Below, one piece after another: positions 48,701 to 60,719 of a DNA stretch of 64,000 bases (positions are counted from its first letter, which is position 1; each line of letters opens with the position of its first letter). Location of the stretch: NCBI GenBank assembly GCA_951406725.2, contig OX597831.1, positions 71,424,001 to 71,488,000 of the forward strand. Direction: 5' to 3'. Source of the stretch: Octopus vulgaris (lineage: Eukaryota). Position numbers and translations under genes: made by a program. The notes beneath the pieces are model-generated. The model was given only the letters and a program-made list of their open reading frames with translations. It ran no database searches and had not been told where the DNA came from.

Positions 48701-51601
48701 AAAAAAAAAAAAAGAAAATGATAAAAGATATAAAGGTAAAATAAATGGCTCGTTGTTAGTTTTACCAATACATGCTATACAGTAGAATCAATACTGATGC
48801 TGGTGCCATGTTAAACGCAAGCACTCATGCTGGTGCCACGTTAAAAGTGCCCAATATGCTTTGTGAAGTGGTTGGTGTCAGAATCTGAGTATCATCATCA
48901 TTGTTTGACATCTGCCTTCCATGCTGTCATGGGTGGGCTGATTTGACAAGAGCCAGCCAGGCAGAAGCCTGTACCAGATTTTCTGTAACTGTTTGGGCAG
49001 GATTTTTGCAGCTGGATGCCCTTCCTAACACCAACCCCTCAGCAGTGTGGTCTTAGAGATTTTTACGTGGCACAAGCACAGGCCAGGTCAGTTTTGGCAA
49101 GGCTTTTACAGCTGGATGCCCTTCCAAACACTAACTACTTTACAGTGTGGACTAAGTGCTTTCAAGTGGCACCTGCAGTGACAGGGTCACCAAGTACTTG
49201 CATGACAAAAAAAACCTCTTTTTAGAGGGGAGGAGCATTGGAGGAAGACATCTTGTGTTGGATGTTGAAAGGTTATTGTGAGGCAGAGAGACAGAAACAG
49301 GTGTCTTGCTGAAGAGGAGGTATAGGGTTACCCTACTGGAGAGAGAGAGAGAGAGAGAGAGATAATTTCTTTATTCACCATAAGGTTGAGAAAAAGAAGG
49401 GACGATATGAGGACAGACAAAACAAACATTGGGGTCAGGGTATTGAATGAGAGGAAATGTATGAATAAACAAACAATTAAAATATATACAATAAAATGCG
49501 AATGACTGATTTACAAAAAATGAAACAGAGGACGTGGTCGACCCCACAAACCTCATACTCGCGCTGAAGACTTTGCAGAGAGCAGGAATGAAGAAACAGG
49601 CGCACTGACACAAAGGAAATACTTGGTTACCCAAATATCATTTATAAAGAGACACTTATACCACACAGCAGGATTGAACCTGAAGCCTCATCATTGCAAA
49701 GCAGTCTTCTTAACCATTTAGACATTCTACATGGATAAATGGTTAAGCTACATAGTTACCAGTACACTCACACACATTACATATGTGTAATGTTCTTATT
49801 GTTTAACCAAGGTCAGCTCTGTCCATCCTATATCCTTTCAGATTCAACGTTTCTAAGACTATAATTATCTTATTGTTTTATTTATTTATTTTAAACACTA
49901 GGATGTTGTGGAAAGGAAAACTGGCTGTTATTTTCCAGTGACAACACAGACATTTCCTTATTACATGTCATATGTATATATGCTATTTCTCACGTAGCAT
50001 TTAATTGGCTTTCCAAGAATCAAGCATTGTACCAGTTTTGTATTCAAACTGGTCAGTTCCGGCACCTACTTACTTTGTCATTGTAAAATAAACAATCATA
50101 TCACCAAAATCTTGAAACTGTGAAACTATGTATGGTTAATTCAAAACAGTATGAATAAATAAGCATTATATTTGACGGCATTATATTTGAATGCTAAATG
50201 GTTAAGTCAGCTAGGTAAAGACTACACCTCCAATTAATATTCATGTGAGGAGGAGCTGTCTTCTGCTTTGCAAACTAATAAATTAGTTATATGGAGGTTA
50301 TTGTGCTTCGTGTGATAGATCAAAAGTGATTTTTGCTCAACAGAAATTATAATTATGATTTATAAGTATCAGACTCTCTTCTTTTTCCTGCAAATATCCA
50401 TTCAAATTTTGGTTAATTGAAATTTCAAGAGTTTTCTAACTTGCTTCCTTTGAGAGAGTTTCCATTAATGCCTATGAATTTTCTTCTTTTATCATGAATT
50501 TTGTGAATCAATTTTGGTTCAGATTATGTTTGATAGCCAGCACTTAACTACATAATCTACATGGAGATAGTACCCTTGAGAAATATTCAAATGTTATTCT
50601 TTTAAATTTACTAATCAGTGAATTATTTTCACACCAAAATTATATATCTCTCCAGGTCATTCTTTAGTCAATCAGCTTTGTGTTGTCTATGTTATGCCAA
50701 AATCTAATAGTACTCCATCCTGTCTAGAGCTATCACCATAGCTACCTGAGATAGGATCCATTTACTCCCTTCTTGCATATCTCAACTTAAATATTAGTCT
50801 ATAAAAATATTCAGAATTATCATATTGTCCCATTTGAGAAATGCTGCTTTAATTTTAATTGATTAAAAACTATTGCCAGTTCACCACATTACATACGGTA
50901 GCCTGAACTTGTATATTCTTTATGCAGAAGAGATTCTTTGGGAGTTTTCTAGTATCATTACAATAAATCAGTTGTCAGATATATAGGGTACCTATCCTGA
51001 AGTGGTACCTATTTATTATTTGATAAGAATATGCCATTTCTAGAAACTGCCATTGCAGCAACTTGTTTTATTTGATGTAATTTGTTAGGAGAGTTTTCTT
51101 TTTGAAACACCCTTAACTCCTGTAGAGATATACGCATGTGTATATACACACATAAGCTCACCCATATTCAAAAGTGCTTTAGAAATATACAGGAATACAG
51201 TTTGAAACAAAAACAGAAGCGTACACTTTTACCTAATATTTCAGCATCTTGGCTTCAGAAATAAATTTCATTAAAAAAAAAAGCATAGAGATTGAGCTCA
51301 GCTCTGATCTGCATATATATGTTAGGATGGGAATATATGTTTGGGTTAGTTGTGAAACATTAGCATCATACAACATGTTAGTGGCTGGATATTTTTTTTT
51401 TATTAACATGACAAGCCTCCTTAATCTTAATACTGTGACTTTGATGGTGACTATGAGATTTTTATAAGGACATCTAACTAATTGTTCTCTAACAGAAGAA
51501 GTGTTTGTATGCGTTCTTTAATGCAGGTATACTATTTGCAAATGGTGCTTCCACTATATTTATTACGTGCTGTGTCATACAACACATAAGCTTGTAAAAG
51601 A

Positions 51602-52848
51602 AGGGTTTTATCATTAAAGATTTCCCCTGACCCACTTTCAGTTATTGCAGGAAATAGAACTTGTACAAGTACAATCATACATCTCTCTACATGTCACATT
51701 TTAAATTGCAGCTTTCCACTAGTATTCATTTGCCTTTTACGGCTGCTGAAGTGGACTGAAGTGTTATAATGGAGGCAGTTGAATGCAGATCAGGGATCAG
51801 GTTCTTATACTTAAAAAGGTCATACACCAAAAAGGACTTTCGATGAGATGAAAGAAGTTTATGGTGATGACATACCATCATATAACATAGTTAAGCACTG
51901 GTATCACCAATTCAAATGTGGTCAGACATTGGTAGAAACTGCTCCTGTTCCTGATGATGAAAGCATCCATAGAGTGGAAGCTACCATGTTGGAGAAATGC
52001 TGCATAACTATCAGACAAGTAGTGCAAGAATTGATGATAAGTGTAGGGTCCATGGAAAAAAAAAATCATTCACAACGATTTGCACATGCGGAAGTGTCTG
52101 CACGACGGATTCCCCAGATGCTCACACCTTTTCAGAAGCAGGAACGAGTCAATTGCTCCCAGGCTCTTTTGGCAATGTGCCAAGAAAACATGAAGGACTT
52201 TTTCGGCAGACTTATCACACAGGAGGAAACATGGGTCCATCACTATGATCCTGAGACTAAAGTTTAGTCAAAACAATAACTCACCACTTCCAAAGAAGGC
52301 TTGTGTCCAATTCTCAGCAGGCAAGATGATGCTCACAGTCTTTTGGGACCAGCTCAGAGTAGTGATGATGGATTTTCTGGCAAAAGGCACCACAATTAAT
52401 GGGGCATATTATGCTTCTCTGCTGCCATCAAAGCAGAGAGGCGTGGCATGCTGAACCAAAAGAGTTTGCATCCTTCAAGTCAATGCTCCAGTTCACAATG
52501 TGCATGTTGCTCAGCTGAAAGCACACTCCTGCGCTATGAAATCCTTCCTCATCCCCCTTACTCTCCCAGCCCCGTACCATCTGATTTCCACCTCTTTCCA
52601 ACCATGAAGTCTTTTTTGAAGGGGAAGCACTTTGCAGATGATGATGAACTTATTTCCCTGGTAAAGTCTTGGCTCCAGACACAACCTACCGACTTCTACA
52701 GATGAGATCTTCACAGCTGCATAAAGTGATGGGAGAAGTGTGTTACAATTGCTGGTGGTTATGTAGAGAAGGACTAATAATTATGCCAAGATTCATTTAT
52801 TCCAGTCCTTCAGAAGTGGGTCAGAGGAAATCTTTAATGAACACACCT
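51602..52848 (+). mobile_element. Older mariner (DD34D) element with a disrupted transposase
   Basis: Degenerate TIRs tcattaaagatttcccctgacccactt / aagtgggtcagaggaaatctttaatga; motifs ITQEETWVHHYDPETK and HPPYSPSPVPSDFHLF. Confidence 0.88.
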
Positions 52849-53461
52849 ACATTGTGTAAAGGGCATTTGGCCAGTTGGCAAAATACCTGTTAGACAGTTT
52901 TTCAAGGTACCAGCTTTACATTCATGGATTGCGGCATAAATTCAGTCATGAAGGGCCAGTGACTTTGAAAAACGTTCTGTTGTTGAAAGTGTGAATCTTC
53001 TTCTGAAAGTTTAAAACCAGACTTGTATCTTGTAAACTGTGTTGGTTAGTCATTAATCATTAGCAACTTTTGAAAATATTTAGTCTAAGCAGATTTATTC
53101 TCACCTGTGCTGCATCTTTTCTTTATAGGGTAGACTTTATTTCATAGAAACGAAATCCTGGTGTTAGTCAGTTGATATATGATTCACAACTAAACACTTG
53201 AAAGTGGCTTTCTTGTAGAAGATGGTATTAATGAATCCATCCTCTGTGATTTAGAGTTGGAAATCAGAGAAAGATCTGATGTTGTCTGGACGATCCATTT
53301 CAAAGTCTATTTGGTGGTTGAGGTGGTTGTTCATGCTATTTGTCTCCACCATAAGAAGTCAACATAGATTAAATTATGTGGTTTCATCAAATTTTTGTCC
53401 CCAAAGGCTGCTCTTCATTGAACCAAACAGATAGAAATTATGGGACACTGGGATGGGACAG

Positions 53462-53797
53462 GACCCCTTCGGTCACGACACTGACCATGGGATTGCACCT
53501 AGAAAGTTACCCTCCTAGTCACAAGTCTGGGCAAGGTGGTTTATGGAAGACCAGCAGTCGCCCATGCATATCAGCCTTCCCTCTCCACACCACCAGTGTT
53601 TATCCAAGGGAAAGGCAAAGAGGCCGATACAGCTTGGCACCTGTGACGTCGCAACTCATTTCTACAGCTGAGTGAACTGGAGCAATGTGAAATAAAGTGT
53701 GTTGCTCAAGAACACAACACGCAGCCCGGTCCGAGATTCGAGCTCACAACCTCATGATCGTAAGCTCAACGCTCAAACCACTGAGCCATGCACCTTC
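53462..53797 (-). mobile_element. SINE family C
   Basis: Reverse complement of 23749-24086. Confidence 0.8.
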
Positions 53798-54635
53798 ACT
53801 AGGCTATACAGGGATCGGGTGGCCACAAACTAATACAGTTTGTTAATTGCATAAAAGTCATGTGGGATCGATGAATGTGGATCATTTTCTGATTCTTGTT
53901 TGGTATCTTCCTTCTAATGGCTTCTTCAAGCTTTTTGAATGTCTCAGTATACTGCTTGCTGTTCAAGAAGCAGCCACATCCTTGAAAGTGATGGAGTACG
54001 ATACCCTTGTCATCTGCAAAGGGAGTCACTATAACTTCCTGTGTCGATCACTGGCTCTTGAATTTCTTAGGCTTTGGAGAAAAGTTGTGATGCTATTACC
54101 ACAGTTCATCTCATATCACCAGATCAGAAAAAAAAAAAAACATGTCTTCAAAGAGGATCTTCAAATGCTTCCAGAGTAGACTTCCACTACTCTCACTTTC
54201 AAATCATGTGCCATCTGGTGAAGTACCCACTTTGCACCCATTTTCTGGTACCCAAAATATTCCAACCATTTCTGAAATACATTGTGATGACAGTCCAGTT
54301 GTGTAGCAAGCTCCATAGACTATGATTCACTTGTCTCTGTCAATCCGTTCATCCACTCACTGGTGCTTTGTGTCAGTGGTTGCAGTTGGTAGTTTCCTAC
54401 TCTGTGATTTGTCTTTACTGCTGGTTGCCCTTTAAGCCTTTAGTTTTCGCATTATTCTACCAAAATTAATGCGTTTTTATCCACATCGTTTTGAACTAAT
54501 CATGCATTATCTTGTAGCTATGAGATTTTGATGAGGTAGCTGTTGATTTTTAAAATGGTATTGTAGGGTTGGTGTGAGAAACCAGATCTGGCCAGTTTGA
54601 ACATAAAACAGGCAGAATACTTCTGGCCGGATATG

Positions 54636-54865
54636 TATTTCTTTATTGCCCACAAGGGGCTAAACATAGAGAGGACAAACAAGGACAGACAAAGGGATTA
54701 AGTTGATTACATCGACCCCAGTGCGAAACTGGTACTTTTATTTATCGACCCCGAAAGGATGAAAGGCAAAGTCGACCTCAGCGGAATTTGAACTCAGAAT
54801 GTAACGACAGATGAAATACCGCTAAGCATTCCGCCCGGCACGCTAACGTGTCTGCCAGCTCGCCG
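54636..54865 (-). mobile_element. SINE family B nested in a piggyBac-like MITE
   Basis: TSD-like gccggatatg on both sides. Confidence 0.82.
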
Positions 54866-55166
54866 GATATGGCCAGTTTAAATGCTGAAGGGTCAAACTT
54901 TTTCACTTGTCTATGTACATTTCTCTTGTCATTGGTGTCATCTCTGTAAGCAACTCATAACCTTCTGTAGATGTTCAACAGCCTGATCCCCTCCTTTGTC
55001 AGGAACTTAAAGACAGCGCATTGCTTCTACTCGGTACCCATCATTTACCTGCAATGACAAAACAGCAAGAAGAGTTGTTATAGAGGAAAAGTTGCTCTAC
55101 CAACATGTGCAATTTTTATATCGATGCCTACATTTGTACCTTCAGTACAACCCGTGTGTATCTATG

Positions 55167-55250
<84 letters not shown>

Positions 55251-56200
55251 AAAAAAAATTTTTATCTCGTTTGGCTTAACAGCCCTTCTTGTTTGTGTTA
55301 CTGTTATTCTCCTTGTCCTGTCTTTTACTGTTTATATTTTGTACTGTCGTTACTGTCCTGTTTTTGTTACCATTTTTACCCCTCCGCAAAAAAATCTCAA
55401 ATTTTATTTAATTTGATTTTCGTGGGAAGGATTGTTTCATTAAAGTCATGTATCGCCTTGACCATCGAAATGCGGAGTAGATGAAACCATGGCGACTGAA
55501 GAAGGGGAATTTTCCTTGTTTTGTATGTCCTGTACACTATTTTTTTGTTGTTTAAGAAAAATGTCCATTTGCTTGGTTTTGTGTTTATTTTTTCGTTTCT
55601 CATTGTGTTCGACGTTTTTTTGGTGTCCTGTACCCTTATATACATGTATATATACATGTAGAGGTAGGTACGTACATATATGTATGTATATATGCATATG
55701 TTTTATTTATTTATTTATTAATTTATTAGATAGATAGATAGATAGATAGATAGGTAGGTAGGTAGGTAGGTAGGTAGGTAGGTAGGTAGGTAGGTAGATA
55801 AGTAGGTAGGTAGGCAGCAGGCACACCAACATACACACACATGTGCACACACACACATACACACACACTTATTTATATATGTAATACACACAAACATGCT
55901 TATTCCTTTCCTTGTCTTTTTCTTTCTTGTAATCATTCATCCATTTGTTCTTGTTTTTCATTTATTCTTTCCTTCTTTCTTTCTTTTTTTCATGATTCTC
56001 CCCACTTCAGTACATGACATTATTTTCAATTTTTCATCTTGTTCTCTGTGTTTAAATACAATATAGCTTTTTGCATTTGAACAGCCTTTTGTTGTATTCA
56101 TACATGTAGTCTATTATTATAGACATTCTGTATAAGTGCCTGCATGCACGCAAGTATGTACATATGTCTGTTTCTGTGCCTATGATTATGCATATTCATA

Positions 56201-56234
<34 letters not shown>

Positions 56235-56677
56235 CATATATATATATACATATATATATACATATATATATAAGTTAATCCAAACAAGAAAGCACAAAAA
56301 AACACAACACGAGGACGTGGAACAAATATAGTATTATTGGACGCTCATACATATATACATGTGTGTGTGAATATGTGAGTGTACACACATACACATGTAT
56401 ATATTAGATAAAATCATACAAGTAAAAGAAGGAAGATTATTATAAGGTAAGGAGAAAACTAACAAGTGAATAATACATGAAGTTAGACAAGTAAAACTTC
56501 GTGATGGAAAAAAAGAAGTATAGGAAACAGAGCAAAACATTAACAATGACAGAATGTGTACAATGAAAATAGATTTGCCACAGGAGAAGATATAGATGTG
56601 ATGTTTCGGGTTATGTCCTTTTATCAAAGAAAAGTAAGAAATAAAAAAAAGGTGGTGGAGCAGAAAAAAAACAGTGG

Positions 56678-57053
56678 AACCAACCACATGGTTCCGGGTT
56701 CAGTCCCACTGCATGGCATCTTGGGCAAGTGTCTTCTACTATAGCCCCGGGCCGACCAAAGCCTTGTGAGTGGATTTGGCAGACGGAAACTGAAAGAAGC
56801 CTGTTGTGTATATGTATATATATATATGTGTGTGTGTGTGTGTATGTGTTTGTGTGTTTGTGTTTGTCTCCCTAGCATTGCTTGACAACCGATGCTGGTG
56901 TGTTTACGTCCCCATCACTTAGCGGTTCGGCAAAAGAGACCGATAGAATAAGTACTGGGCTTACAAAAAGAATAAGTCCCGGGGTCGATTGGCTCGACTA
57001 AAGGCAGTGCTCCAGCATGGCCGCAGTCAAATGACTGAAACAAGTAAAAGAGT
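56678..57053 (+). mobile_element. SINE family A, 5'-truncated
   Basis: Starts within the tRNA-like head. Confidence 0.85.
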
Positions 57054-57128
57054 ATCTGTTTACATTGCAGGCTATTTAAACCAGATAAAAAGAACCGTTT
57101 CTTTATCAGTCTGTATGTCTGTGTTTGT

Positions 57129-57218
57129 GGGGGGTGGGGGTGAAGGGGGTGGGGTGGGGTGAAGGGGGTGGGGGTGGGGTGGGGTGAAGGGGGTGGGGGT
57201 GAAGGGGGGTGAGGGGGG
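57129..57218 (+). repeat. G-rich tandem tract (G4-6 runs), G-quadruplex potential
   Basis: About 13 G-runs separated by T, TGA or TGAA. Confidence 0.8.
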
Positions 57219-57459
57219 TTCATTAATCTGGAAAGCAATTTGATTACTCAACACTATGTAGAGTGTAAGGTATGTGAAAAAATGCATACCTGGTATTTGG
57301 TTATCTGTTTACATGTTGCTTGTGGAAAATACAACAGATGTCCATTCATTGTTGTTGTTGTTGTTGTTGTTGTTATTGTAATGTTGTTTCATTCGACTAA
57401 AATGAGGCTTTTAGTTGATAGGTAGACAGTGTAAGAGATGTAATTGTGTTGCTATGCAA

Positions 57460-57663
57460 CTCTTTTTACTTGTTTCAGTCATTTGACTGCGACCATGCTG
57501 GAGCACCGCCTTTTAGTCGAGCAAATCGACCCCCAAGACTTATTCTTTGTAAAGCCTTGTACTTCTTTAATCGGTCTCTTTTGCCGAACTGCTAAGTTAC
57601 GGGGACATAAACACACCAGCATCAGTTGTCAAGCAATGCTAGGGGGACAAACACAGACACACA

Positions 57664-57700
<37 letters not shown>

Positions 57701-57862
57701 GACGGGCTTCTTTCAGTTTCCATCTACCAAATCCACTCACAGGGCTTTGATCAGCCCGAGGCTATAGTAGAAGATACTTGCCCAAGGTGCCACGCAGTGA
57801 GACTGAACGTGGAACCATGTGGATGGTAAACAAGCTACTTACCACACAGCCACTCCTGCACC
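57460..57862 (-). mobile_element. SINE family A
   Basis: Full reverse copy. Confidence 0.88.
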
Positions 57863-57967
57863 TATAAAAAGCTAGCAGAGCTTTGACCTTCTGGCTTGGT
57901 CAAACATTTTGCATCAACATTCACCTACATGTCCCTAAATCTGTCTCTATATTCTCTTGTAAATGCT

Positions 57968-58085
57968 CATTACAGCCATATCACTTTGAAAACACCAGTT
58001 CTCATCTGATCACCAAAGTTAACAATGTCGAGCCCAGTTAGTACTTAGATGGGTGACCTCTTGGAAAACTTAGGTGCTGTTAACA
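57968..58085 (+). pseudogene. 5S rRNA pseudogene fused to a SINE family A 3' tail
   Basis: tacagccatatcactttgaaaacaccagttctcatctgatcacc...ttagtacttagatgggtgacc...ggtgctgt follows the metazoan 5S sequence over its full length, with many CpG-type substitutions. Confidence 0.85.
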
Positions 58086-58167
58086 TCTTTTTAAGGTAGT
58101 GCTCCAGCATGGCCACAATCAAATGACTGAAACAAGTAAAATAAGAAAAGAATATAAATAAATGTGT

Positions 58168-58329
58168 GCGCAGGAGTGGCTGTGTGGTAAGTAGCTTGCT
58201 AACCAACCACATGGTTCCGGGTTCAGTCCCACTGCGTGGCATCTTGGGCAAGTGTCTTCTGCTATAGCCCCGGGCCGATCAATGCCTTGTGAGTGGATTT
58301 GGTAGACGGAAACTGAAAGAAGCCTGTCG

Positions 58330-58368
<39 letters not shown>

Positions 58369-58580
58369 CTGTGTTCGTCCCCCTAGCATTGCTTGACAAC
58401 CGATGCTGGTGTGTTTACGTCCCCGTCACTTAGCGGTTTGGCAAAAGAGACCGATAGAATAAGTACTGGGCTTACAAAAAGAATAAGTCCCGGGGTCGAG
58501 TTGCTCGACTAAAGGCGATGCTCCAGCATGGCCGCAGTCAAATGACTGAAACAAGTAAAAGAGTAAAAGAGAGTAAGAGT
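58168..58580 (+). mobile_element. SINE family A
   Basis: Near full-length copy. Confidence 0.88.
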
Positions 58581-59220
58581 AATAAATAAAAGGCTTAAAA
58601 AAAAGGACTGGGCCAAGTAATTTGACTAAAAATGCTTCAACGTGGTGCCCCAGCATAGCCACAGTCAAATTACTGAAACAAGTAAAAGAGTAAAGAGTAA
58701 AGAGTACTAGTGGAAGTCTACACACACACACACACACACACACGCACAAACATGTACACATTCCTACCCCAATATGTTATGGGAGGTAGACATATGTAGA
58801 TACAAATGTGTGCAGTCCTATGAGACATAAATAATAGATAGAAGAACAGAGACAGATAAACGAAATACACAAACTTACAGATAAATTGATAAGCATAAGG
58901 GAAGATAATTATACAAGCAGATAACCAAGTAGCTGGACAGAACAATAGACAAACAGATAAATAAACAGATAAATAAATACACAGGTGATTAGATAATTAG
59001 ACTGACAGACAGCTAGATGATACCAAATCTTTTATTGTTCTGATTTTTATGTTTGATATATATAAGAAAAATTCTGGATTTTCTTTTCTTTTTTCTAAGA
59101 AGTCCTTTGATGGAAAAACATTGAATTAATTTGCCAATATCTTTCTCAATTATACTAATTACTTTCCCATTAAGTTTGGATGTTGATGAAAATATGAATT
59201 AAATTGTATTAAATAATGTT

Positions 59221-59274
<54 letters not shown>

Positions 59275-59498
59275 CACTCTCTAAGATGTTACTAATTGAT
59301 TTGAGAACTTTACATTATTGGAAAACCTATAGGAAATTAGCTGAAGATTACTTGACATATTATATTTGCTGTAATATTTGGAGCTTTAATAAATTGTTAT
59401 AGTATGAAACAATTGTACTAAATTACCGATCCATTCTTGTTGCTTATTTTTTGGTTATATATATATATATAATTATATATATTCTGCTTCTACTTCAG

Positions 59499-59618
59499 AT
59501 CGGTATGTCATATTGGGAAATCATCATGATTCTTGGGTTTATAGTGCTGTAGATCCTTTGTCTGGGGCTGCATCTTTGACTGAGATCACACGAGTTCTGG
59601 GAAATATGTCAAAGGAAG
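59499..59618 (+). CDS. NAALAD2/FOLH1-like: Internal exon C of the GCPII/NAALADase family gene (carries the first Zn-ligand His and Asp)
   Basis: Acceptor cttcag| and donor |gtaaat; 120 nt. Reads [40 protein letters not shown], similar to GCPII [25 protein letters not shown]. In frame with exon B (G+AT = Asp). Confidence 0.95.
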
Positions 59619-59964
59619 GTAAATAAAATTTCTGAATATTTTGTAAATGTTTTTTGCTTGCAAAAGATAGTGCAGAAATGATTAGGCATCTGACTTAATA
59701 CTTTGAAGGATTTAGGTATATTTTTTTTTATTCTTGAAATTAATACTTTGTTCTGCAGGAATTGGTAATACCTATGGTCTTTGGAGAAACCAGTCAGATT
59801 GGTATCATCGATATTCTTCATGCTTGAAGTTACTTTAAGATTGATAAAATGTATACTAGCTATACACACAGTTCATTCATCTGCTTCTATCCTCCTCCTA
59901 TTAAATTGAAACATCTTTCAGTGTGAGATATTATTATTATTGCTTGCTAATGATAATGATAATC

Positions 59965-60375
59965 ACCATCATCATCATCATCATCATCATCATCATTTAG
60001 CGTCTGTTCTCCATGCTAGTATGGGTTGGATGGTTCGACCGGGGATCTGGGAAGCCAGAAGGCTGCACCAGGCTCCAGTCTGATCTGGCAGTATTTCTAC
60101 GGCTGGATGCCCTTCCTAATGCCAACCACTCTGTGAGTGTAGCGGGTGCTTTTTATGTGCCACCAGCACAGGTGCCAGGCGAGGCTGGCAACGACCACGA
60201 TCGGATTGGTGCTTTTTATGTGCCACCGGCACGGAAGCCAGTCAAGATGGCACTGGCATCGGCCACGTTCGGATGATGCTTTTTACGTGCCACCGGCACA
60301 GGGATCACAACTACGATTTCCATTGATTTTTGATGTTGGTGTACTTGACTCAATAGGTCTCCTCAAGCACAGGGT
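59965..60375 (-). mobile_element. Solo RTE 3'UTR / tail
   Basis: Matches 13897-14300; (CAT)n on the + strand. Confidence 0.82.
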
Positions 60376-60719
60376 CGAAATAGTGTTTCTTTACTTGCCA
60401 CCTGCACAGGAGTCAATCCAGCGGCACTGGCAACTGCCGAATGCCAGTCATAGGATTGGTTCAATTTCGATTCCGAATAATCCTTTCTGCTATAGGCACA
60501 AAGCCTAAAATTTGGGGGCGGGGGATAGTTGATTACATTGACCCCAGTACTCAACTGGTACTTAATTTATCGACCCTGACAAGATGAAAGGCAAAGTCAA
60601 CCTCAGCAGAATTTGAACTCAGATCATGCATACTGATAAAATGTACCTCAGCATTTCGCCTGGCATGCTAATGACTCTGCCAGCTCACTGCCTTAATAAT
60701 AATAAAGATAATCATAAGC

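Larger units (their letters stand above)
53270..55150 (-). mobile_element. Highly decayed mariner-like relic with a nested SINE C, MITE and SINE B
   Basis: Fragment DDKGIVLHHF...LNSKQYTETFKKLEEAIRRK; boundaries approximate. Confidence 0.55.

Noticed and set aside
49560-49605. CTGAAGA...GAAA motif
   Set aside because: No convincing stem III or cleavage triplet; likely chance.
55450-55520. Possible hammerhead (tcgcc-TTGACC-atc..gat-GAAA-ccat-ggcga; nearby CTGAAGA)
   Set aside because: The core is one nt short with no 3-8 pair and there is no valid stem III or NUH triplet. The surrounding 55260-55640 may still be a PLE-type tail.
57968-58085. Functional 5S rRNA gene
   Set aside because: Solitary, with many CpG-type substitutions and an indel, and fused to a SINE tail.
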